Under the pieces are notes generated by a model, which saw only the letters and a list, made by a program, of their open reading frames with translations, did not search any database and was not told where the DNA came from. A stretch of 64,000 bases of DNA from Prevotella sp. (lineage in GTDB: Bacteria > Bacteroidota > Bacteroidia > Bacteroidales > Bacteroidaceae), in NCBI GenBank assembly GCA_045614255.1, contig JAZLCN010000054.1:34531-98530 (forward strand), written 5' to 3'. The position numbers and the translations under genes were made by a program. Shown piece after piece: positions 57,068-64,000 of this stretch (positions are counted from its first letter, which is position 1; every line of letters begins with the position of its first letter).

Positions 57068-57150
57068 AGTAGTTAAAGGGAGTCAAAGGAAGTTATCGTT
57101 CGCTTTGCTCACTGAGGAGTTAAAGGACGTATGCTCCTCACAACCTCACA
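57068..57150. repeat. Short arrays GAGTTAAAGG / CCTCACAA with CGTTCGCTTTGCTC
   Basis: Read directly in the spacer between the DUF6057 and TolB-like genes. Confidence 0.55.
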
Positions 57151-58956
57151 TCAATACGTGTCGAAATCCTTCTCAAGGTAATAGTAATAAAAATATGTTT
57201 TGTCGAATTTGGTTTTCATCGCCTGTCTTTTAGCCGCTATAGGCAAATCGTTGAAGCGCCACATGTGACTTGCAAAATCATTGTAAGAATCTATCACCCT
57301 TTGGTCGAAAGGCATGTCCTCAGCATTCATTCCGCTATCTTTGCTTCTGGCCAACAGATAGGCTGCCTCTTGGATGTGCAGAGGCAGTTTGGTCTTGTCC
57401 TCAAGCAGTTTTATATAATGATATAAGTGAGGCCAAAACTGTCGCATGTCCTTTTGTGTCATTATTGCATGCAGAGCAAGTGTTTTGATGCTTAACACAT
57501 CGGTGGTATCGTTGGCGAAATCGCTGAGCAGAAATAGCTCAAGGAGATTTTGGTCGCTACCCATGAAGTCGTTGTAGGTCATTAGCGACTTAGCCTCTTT
57601 CATGTCATTGCTTTCAGGCAACAGACCTAGGCCAATTTTTACTTCATCTGACTCATTGTAGTTTCTTGTCTCTTTCAAGAGATTGGCATATTTCTCAGCC
57701 AGTTCCTTCTCCCCGTTTATGGTGGCACATTTTATTAGATATTTGTAGTTGTTGTGGCTCCAATCGTAATCTACAGAATGCTCTATGGCCCATCGGTTGC
57801 AATAGTTCATCTTGCCATAATGGTAGTATATGGCTGGTCCGATGATGTGCAGCATGCTTACATTTATTGCCGACTCTGGTTTCTTTCCTCCGTTGCGGAA
57901 GGTGAAAGCCTCATTGCTTAGTCTGCCAGTTTTAAACAGTGCCAAGTCACGCATCATCACAATGGCACGTGTGGGTTCGCCTGTATGCATCCTGTCTGTG
58001 CTTATCACCCCTTGCCAGTTGCTCTTCTCTACATGCTGAAGCATTTGCAGCTCACAGTTGTAATTGTCGTCATTATACCATCTGTGTTCGATGTATGCAG
58101 CCTCTGCAGATATAACAACAATGCTTGCAATAATCCATGCTATAGCCTTATTACATTTCTTCACGGCGAGAAGCTGAGCAAATGCAGCCATTACAGCGAG
58201 AGACGCAAAAAGCAGGAAATATGGAACATACTGTTCGTTGTCACAGTTGTCGAACTGTTGGAACATAGGTATTCCTGCTGTGTATGCCGATGTGACACTT
58301 GATAGATGATATATTGTGGCATACCAAATGATTGGCATAACCATCGCCACGGCAGTGGCAGCATAATTAATCCACTTGTGCCTCTTGTCAAGGTCTTTAT
58401 CCTTGATAACAAATATCACGCCAAGGGCAGTTGCCAGTAGTCCGTAGATGCCAAAAAGAGGATACAATGCAATAGACAGTATTGCTCCGATGCCACATTG
58501 GCGCAACTTATATATCAGCCATCCGCCCAGCAGAGAGACAATGATGCCTATCGTTGCGGTGAAAACATAACCTGGCGATTTAAGATAGAATATCCAATAC
58601 TCCAGCCCTACATTGGCTGCAAGCAGCATGGCAGCAGGGATTGTGGCGAGGACAGTATATCTTATAGGCAACTTCATTGTGTAAACGGTGAGCGCAATAA
58701 CACCAAACCACATGGCACACAGCAGATATATACCTTCTGTGTTGTGCAAGAATTGTGTGAGATAGGCTCCGCACCACGTTAGCAGTCCTGCAGGCTTTGC
58801 CATGCAACTGGCAAAATATGTGGCAGTGCTGAGGAAGGTGTTCTGTCCCTCGATGACATTCATCACGTTTACACTGCGTGTCAGTAACATAAATGCGGCG
58901 GTAGATGCGAATATGATGCCTATGATAATTGTTATAACTATATGTTTGCTCTTCAT
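57151..58956 (-). CDS. DUF6057 family polytopic membrane protein with a helical C-terminal domain
   Basis: About 9 TM segments; KPAGLLTWCGAYLTQF, G..NYCNRWAIE, IQEAAYL, TYFYYYY. Confidence 0.7.
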   Translation of the reverse strand: MKSKHIVITIIIGIIFASTAAFMLLTRSVNVMNVIEGQNTFLSTATYFASCMAKPAGLLTWCGAYLTQFLHNTEGIYLLCAMWFGVIALTVYTMKLPIRYTVLATIPAAMLLAANVGLEYWIFYLKSPGYVFTATIGIIVSLLGGWLIYKLRQCGIGAILSIALYPLFGIYGLLATALGVIFVIKDKDLDKRHKWINYAATAVAMVMPIIWYATIYHLSSVTSAYTAGIPMFQQFDNCDNEQYVPYFLLFASLAVMAAFAQLLAVKKCNKAIAWIIASIVVISAEAAYIEHRWYNDDNYNCELQMLQHVEKSNWQGVISTDRMHTGEPTRAIVMMRDLALFKTGRLSNEAFTFRNGGKKPESAINVSMLHIIGPAIYYHYGKMNYCNRWAIEHSVDYDWSHNNYKYLIKCATINGEKELAEKYANLLKETRNYNESDEVKIGLGLLPESNDMKEAKSLMTYNDFMGSDQNLLELFLLSDFANDTTDVLSIKTLALHAIMTQKDMRQFWPHLYHYIKLLEDKTKLPLHIQEAAYLLARSKDSGMNAEDMPFDQRVIDSYNDFASHMWRFNDLPIAAKRQAMKTKFDKTYFYYYYLEKDFDTY

Positions 58957-58998
58957 TGAGTATTTAAATAAAGCGTTGAGTTATTAATTTATATTTGG

Positions 58999-59057
58999 CA
59001 AAGTTAACCAAAAACTCTAATATAATGTTGCTTTTCCCGATATTTTTATTATATTTG
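58999..59057. promoter_or_regulatory. Divergent -7 elements (TAACTTTG minus strand, 58999-59006; TATATTTG plus strand, 59050-59057)
   Basis: Both match TAnnTTTG. Confidence 0.55.
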
Positions 59058-59096
59058 CATCGTTTTAAGAAGAAAATATAAACGTTTATAGATATA

Positions 59097-61610
59097 ATGA
59101 AAATTTTAAAGCAATGGCTGCCAGATATACTGGTAGTGATTTTATTTGCGGTATTGTCGTATGCCTATTTCTTCCCCGCAGCGACAGAAGGACGCATCCT
59201 TTACCGCCATGACGCTTCGGCAGGACGCGGAGCCGGACAGGAGCAAACGGAGTATTTAGAGAAAACAGGTGAGCGCACCAGGTGGACCAACTCTTTGTTT
59301 GGAGGAATGCCTACCTATCAGCTGGCTCCATCGTATGACAGTCAGGACACGCTGATATCCATCAGTTGGCTTTACCGCTTGGGATTGCCAGAGAATGTCT
59401 GGTATGTCTTTATCTATTTGCTGGGCTTCTATATTTTGCTCCGTGCTTTCGACTTCCGTCAGCATCTTGCTGCGCTCGGTTCCATTATATGGGCGTTTAG
59501 CAGTTATTTCTTTATTATCATTGCTGCCGGACATATCTGGAAAGTTATAGCTTTGGCATATCTTCCGCCAATGATAGCTGGTGTGGTGCTGGCATATAAG
59601 GGGAAATACCTGTGGGGATTGGTTGTTACAGCTATTTTTGCTGCGCTTGAGATATTTGCCAACCATGTGCAGATGACATATTATTATCTGTTTATTATCC
59701 TCTTCATGGTTATCGCCTATCTCGTTGATGCTATCCGCAACAAGAAGATGGCGCATTTCTGGAAAGCAACGGCGGTGTGTGCAGTTGGTGCACTGATAGG
59801 TATATGTCTGAACCTGTCAAACCTTTACCACACATGGCAGTATAGCAAGGAGTCAATGCGAGGAAAGAGTGAATTGGTGAAGGCTGATACTGCCAATCAG
59901 ACCAGTAGCGGACTGGATCGCGACTATATCACTCAGTGGAGCTATGGCATAGATGAGACTTGGACGCTCCTTATACCTAACGCAAAAGGTGGAGCACACC
60001 AGATAAAACTGGGCGAGGATGCCGATGCAATGGCGAAGGTCGATCCGCAGTTCCAGCAGATTGTGGCACAATGGTATCAGTATTGGGGCGAACAGCCATT
60101 TACTGCTGGTCCTGTTTATGTTGGCGCATTCGTAATGATGCTCTTCATCCTTGGCTGCTTTATTGTTAAAGGACCAATGAAATGGGCGCTGCTGGCAGCC
60201 ACTATCCTTTCGGTGCTGTTGTCGTGGGGTAAGTATTTCATGCCACTTACCGACTTCTTTATTGACTATGTGCCTATGTATGCCAAGTTCAGAACGGTTT
60301 CGTCGATACTTGTCATAGCAGAGTTTACCATTCCTTTGCTTGCTATAATGGCATTAAAGCGACTTGTTGACGAACCAGAGCTTATACGCACACGCAAGAC
60401 CAGCATCTTTATGATTGTAAGTTTTGCTTTAACTGCAGGATTGGCTTGGCTGTTCAGACTTATGCCAACATCATTCTTTGATTTTGTAAGCACAGCAGAT
60501 GCGGCCCAGCTTAGTCAGTATGTGCCACAGGACTATCTCGCTCCTATACTCGACAATATTTCTAAGGCTCGTATAGAGGTGTTTAAGTCAGACTGTATGC
60601 GCTCGGCATGGATAATAACCATAGGCACTGTGCTGCTGTTCCTATATAAGGCAAAGAAACTGAAGGCTGCATATATGGTTGGCGCAATACTTGTGCTTTG
60701 TCTCATTGATATGTGGCAGATAAACAAGCGCTATCTCTACGACGATATGTTTGTAAGTAAGACTGTGCGCGAGCAGCCTATAAAGATTTCACCTGCAGAG
60801 GAGCAGATTCTGAAGGACAAGGCGCTCGACTATAGAGTGCTCAACCTTGCCTCAAATACCTTTAATGAGAACGAGACCTCGTTCTACCTCAAGAGCATCG
60901 GCGGTTATCATGCAGCTAAACTGCGCCGTTATCAGGAGATGATAGACGCATATATCAGCAAGGAGATGATGGGCATATACGGTGCGGTATCACAGGCTCA
61001 GGGTGATATGACCAAGGTTAATGGCGACAGCATATATCCAGTGCTCAACATGCTCAACACAAAGTATTTCATCCTGCCATTGCAGTCGGGACAGACTGTG
61101 CCAATGCAGAATCCATATACATATGGCAACGCATGGTTTGTTGACAAAGTAAACTATGTGGACAATGCCAATGAGGAGATTGACATGGTGGGCAAACTGT
61201 CATTGCGCCATGAGGCAGTAGCCGACCGCAAGTTTGCTGCTCAGCTTGGCGAGAGTCAGGTGCAAGACAGCACAAGCATCGTGACCATCAAGAGCTATGA
61301 ACCAAACAAACTTGTCTACGATGTACATTCAACAAAGGGTGGAGTAGTAGTGTTCTCAGAAATTTATTATCCAGGATGGACAGCTACCGTTGATGGCGAG
61401 GAGGTAGAGTTGGGACGTGTTAATTACATTCTTCGTGCCCTCAATGTTAAGCCTGGCAATCATACTGTAGAGTTGTCGTTCTTCCCTAAATCTGTAGATA
61501 TAACAGAGACAGTGGCATACGTTTCATACGGCATCCTACTGATTGCTGTGCTCCTCCTTGTTTATTTTGAGTGGAAAGGAAAGAAAGACAAAATTGCTAA
61601 TGCGGACTAA
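59097..61610 (+). CDS. YfhO family membrane protein (putative GT-C glycosyltransferase)
   Basis: WTNSLFGGMPTYQ, AGHIWK, NHVQMTYY, YWGEQPFTAGPVYVG, SIGGYHAAKLRRYQ, VFSEIYYPGW, VNYILRAL. Confidence 0.85.
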   Translation: MKILKQWLPDILVVILFAVLSYAYFFPAATEGRILYRHDASAGRGAGQEQTEYLEKTGERTRWTNSLFGGMPTYQLAPSYDSQDTLISISWLYRLGLPENVWYVFIYLLGFYILLRAFDFRQHLAALGSIIWAFSSYFFIIIAAGHIWKVIALAYLPPMIAGVVLAYKGKYLWGLVVTAIFAALEIFANHVQMTYYYLFIILFMVIAYLVDAIRNKKMAHFWKATAVCAVGALIGICLNLSNLYHTWQYSKESMRGKSELVKADTANQTSSGLDRDYITQWSYGIDETWTLLIPNAKGGAHQIKLGEDADAMAKVDPQFQQIVAQWYQYWGEQPFTAGPVYVGAFVMMLFILGCFIVKGPMKWALLAATILSVLLSWGKYFMPLTDFFIDYVPMYAKFRTVSSILVIAEFTIPLLAIMALKRLVDEPELIRTRKTSIFMIVSFALTAGLAWLFRLMPTSFFDFVSTADAAQLSQYVPQDYLAPILDNISKARIEVFKSDCMRSAWIITIGTVLLFLYKAKKLKAAYMVGAILVLCLIDMWQINKRYLYDDMFVSKTVREQPIKISPAEEQILKDKALDYRVLNLASNTFNENETSFYLKSIGGYHAAKLRRYQEMIDAYISKEMMGIYGAVSQAQGDMTKVNGDSIYPVLNMLNTKYFILPLQSGQTVPMQNPYTYGNAWFVDKVNYVDNANEEIDMVGKLSLRHEAVADRKFAAQLGESQVQDSTSIVTIKSYEPNKLVYDVHSTKGGVVVFSEIYYPGWTATVDGEEVELGRVNYILRALNVKPGNHTVELSFFPKSVDITETVAYVSYGILLIAVLLLVYFEWKGKKDKIANAD

Positions 61611-61637
61611 CGAAGGTCTGCTGTAAATAACAAAGAT

Positions 61638-64000
61638 ATGAAAAAGTTGCTCTCTTTGCCTCCCAATCTGGTTGGCAGTTTTCATGAAGTTACGGGATTA
61701 GACCCACAAGAATATTTCTGCACCAACGACCCTGTTGGGTGTAAGTTAGGCAGTGGTGGCGGCACCACATGGCTTTTGGAGGAATGTCATCGTGCATGGA
61801 GCGATGCCTCTTTTGATGAATGGCTGGCATCAGACCGTAAGATACTCTTGCATGCTGGTGGACAGAGCCGGCGATTACCGTCGTATGCTCCGTCGGGAAA
61901 GATTCTAACGCCTGTGCCAGTGTTCCGCTGGGAGCGCGGCCAGCGTCTCAATCAGGATTTGCTTCGTCTGCAGTTGCCACTCTATGAGAGGATAATGAAG
62001 CAGGCGCCCGACAATATTCATACAATGATTGTGAGCGGTGATGTGTATATCCGTGCCGCAGAGCAGTTGCCTGCAGTGCCAGACGCTGATGTTGTTTGCT
62101 ATGGACTATGGCTCGACTCTTCAGTTGCCACCAGTCATGGAGTGTTTGTCAGTGAGCGCAGCACGCCGTCTGTATTAAAACAAATGCTGCAGAAGCCATC
62201 CATAGAAACACTTAACGATTTGCTTAAAGACCATTTCTATCTTACAGATATCGGAGTGTGGTTGCTTAGCGACCGTGCAGTGAAACTACTTATGGAGCGT
62301 TCAAAACGTAATGGCGAACTGATATGCTATGATTTGTATTCTGAGTTTGGATGTGCTTTAGGTACAAACCCAACTATCCTTGATGAGGAACTGAAGAACC
62401 TGAAAGTTGCCATTCTGCCTCTGCCAGGCGGTGAGTTTTATCATTATGGAACAAGCCACGAGATGATATCATCAACACTGGCTGTTCAGAATATTGTTAA
62501 CGACCAGCGTGAGATAATGCACAATGGACGCAAACCTCATCCGTCAATATTCGTGCAGAATGCTTATACAGGCATTAAGATAACAGCCGAGAACACTAAC
62601 CTGTGGATAGAAAACAGTTATGTGGGCAAGGGATGGACAATAAGCCACGATAATATTATAACAGGTGTGCCAGAAAACAACTGGGACATAACGCTGAAGG
62701 CTGGTCAGTGTGTGGATATAGTGCCCGTTGGCAGTCTGTCGTATGTTGTGCGCCCGTATAATATAGATGATAAGTTTGCAGGTGCTGCCCAGCAGACACC
62801 AATGTTCCCAGTGCTTGACGATATAGCAGAAATGGGCAAGGTGCTTGCTGACATGCTTGCAGGAAATTCAAATCTGGATGCATACAAACTGATGAGCGCT
62901 GAGGAAATATCCAATGAGGCTAATCTCGTTAGATTGGTAAAACAGCGCAATCAGTTCTGCAAAGGCAATTGGAAGGCTATAGCAGACAACTATGAGCATA
63001 GTGTTTTCTATCAGCTTGACCTCGACCATGCGGCACATCAGTTTGCAGCCAATGGCATTGAAGAACCGAAAGCAATATCTGATAAGGCTCCATTGCTCAC
63101 AAGAATCCACGATGCAATGTTCCGCTCTGAGTTGGCAAGACTGTCAGACAATGAATATAAGAGTGAGGAACAGAAGGCATTTGCCCTGCTCAGAGAAGGA
63201 CTAACAGAACCTGTGCTGGCAGAAAAACAGTCGCCTAAGATGTCGGTCTACTCTGACCAGATAGTATGGGGACGCAGTCCTGTGCGCATCGACCTTGCCG
63301 GAGGATGGACCGACACACCGCCTTACTGTTTGATGGAAGGTGGCAATGTGCTTAATATCGCAATAGAACTGAACGGACAACCGCCGCTTCAGACATATAT
63401 ACGACCAAGTAAAGAATATCATATTATCTGCCGAAGCATCGACCTTGGTGCAGTGGAGGTGATAGATACATACGAGCAACTGGCTGATTTCATGCATGTG
63501 GGCAGTCCGTTCTCAATACCAAAGGCTGCTCTTGCACTTGCTGGTTTCCTGCCTGGCTTCTGCAATGAAACCTATCCTTCATTGAAAGCACAGTTGGAAT
63601 CTTTCGGTTGTGGTATAGAACTGACATTGCTTTCGGCCATTCCTGCAGGAAGCGGACTCGGAACAAGCAGTATCCTTGCTGCGACGGTGCTCGGTGCTAT
63701 CAATGATTTCTGCTCATTGGCATGGGATAAGAGCGAGATTGGTCGCCGTACGCTTGTATTAGAACAGCTGCTGACCACAGGCGGTGGCTGGCAAGATCAG
63801 TTTGGCGGTGTGCTTGGCGGTGTTAAACTGCTTCAGACACAGCGTGGCTTTGAGCAGACACCGCTCGTTCGCTGGTTGCCTGATGATATCTTCACTCAGC
63901 CAGAATATGCACAGTGTCATCTGTTGTATTATACAGGCATCACCCGAACAGCTAAGAATATTCTTTCTGAGATTGTGCGCCGTATGTTCCTCAATCATAA
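61638..64000 (+). CDS. fkp: Bifunctional L-fucokinase/GDP-fucose pyrophosphorylase, truncated by the window end (missing from the ORF track)
   Basis: Manual translation: MKKLLSLPPNL, KLGSGGGT, LHAGGQSRRLPSYAPSGK, SPVRIDLAGGWTDTPP, PAGSGLGTSSIL, GGGWQDQ. Confidence 0.93.
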   Translation, partial: MKKLLSLPPNLVGSFHEVTGLDPQEYFCTNDPVGCKLGSGGGTTWLLEECHRAWSDASFDEWLASDRKILLHAGGQSRRLPSYAPSGKILTPVPVFRWERGQRLNQDLLRLQLPLYERIMKQAPDNIHTMIVSGDVYIRAAEQLPAVPDADVVCYGLWLDSSVATSHGVFVSERSTPSVLKQMLQKPSIETLNDLLKDHFYLTDIGVWLLSDRAVKLLMERSKRNGELICYDLYSEFGCALGTNPTILDEELKNLKVAILPLPGGEFYHYGTSHEMISSTLAVQNIVNDQREIMHNGRKPHPSIFVQNAYTGIKITAENTNLWIENSYVGKGWTISHDNIITGVPENNWDITLKAGQCVDIVPVGSLSYVVRPYNIDDKFAGAAQQTPMFPVLDDIAEMGKVLADMLAGNSNLDAYKLMSAEEISNEANLVRLVKQRNQFCKGNWKAIADNYEHSVFYQLDLDHAAHQFAANGIEEPKAISDKAPLLTRIHDAMFRSELARLSDNEYKSEEQKAFALLREGLTEPVLAEKQSPKMSVYSDQIVWGRSPVRIDLAGGWTDTPPYCLMEGGNVLNIAIELNGQPPLQTYIRPSKEYHIICRSIDLGAVEVIDTYEQLADFMHVGSPFSIPKAALALAGFLPGFCNETYPSLKAQLESFGCGIELTLLSAIPAGSGLGTSSILAATVLGAINDFCSLAWDKSEIGRRTLVLEQLLTTGGGWQDQFGGVLGGVKLLQTQRGFEQTPLVRWLPDDIFTQPEYAQCHLLYYTGITRTAKNILSEIVRRMFLNH

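Noticed and set aside
1-64000. tRNA, rRNA, IS/transposase or integrase genes
   Set aside because: I saw no cloverleaf or T-loop motif, rRNA-like segment or DDE/HUH/tyrosine-recombinase ORF. All large gaps are accounted for, but a tRNAscan/Infernal run would be needed to exclude small RNAs.

Overview
A 64-kb chromosomal window from a Bacteroidota organism, very probably Prevotellaceae, judged from gene content, TAnnTTTG promoter elements and A-rich translation starts. It is mostly housekeeping. In order: a partial TonB-dependent receptor divergent from an EEP nuclease-UDG-udk operon; a Wzy-dependent polysaccharide locus split into two convergent arms (wzi-lipocalin-priming transferase; wza-wzz-wzy-wzx-acetyltransferase-pyruvyltransferase-4 GTs-GH16); a cysteine desulfidase-like gene; dsbD; an 11-mer-repeat lipoprotein; umuDC; folE; a SPOR protein; a membrane protein-TpiA fusion; cca; an RND efflux operon with an LpxA paralogue; ftsX-uppP-truB-queA-folK-GH28; rpsO; typA; mtnN-luxS; DUF6057/TolB-like; yfhO; and partial fkp. 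I found no rRNA, tRNA, CRISPR array, integrase or transposase. Four signals stand out. (1) An AT-rich, translationally coupled DUF3791-DUF3990(ADP-ribosyltransferase-like)-DUF3791 cassette is appended to mtnN-luxS. (2) Intergenic 7/8/10-mer tandem arrays show an apparent mRNA-sense polarity: G-rich strand after stop codons, C-rich strand before start codons. They often form long hairpins inside operons. (3) There are two further dispersed non-coding families: 9-bp-period long palindromes and AT-rich 11/22-bp-phased elements. (4) The rpsO 5' UTR holds a candidate three-way-junction S15 leader. Product calls come from motif recognition by eye; no database searches were run.
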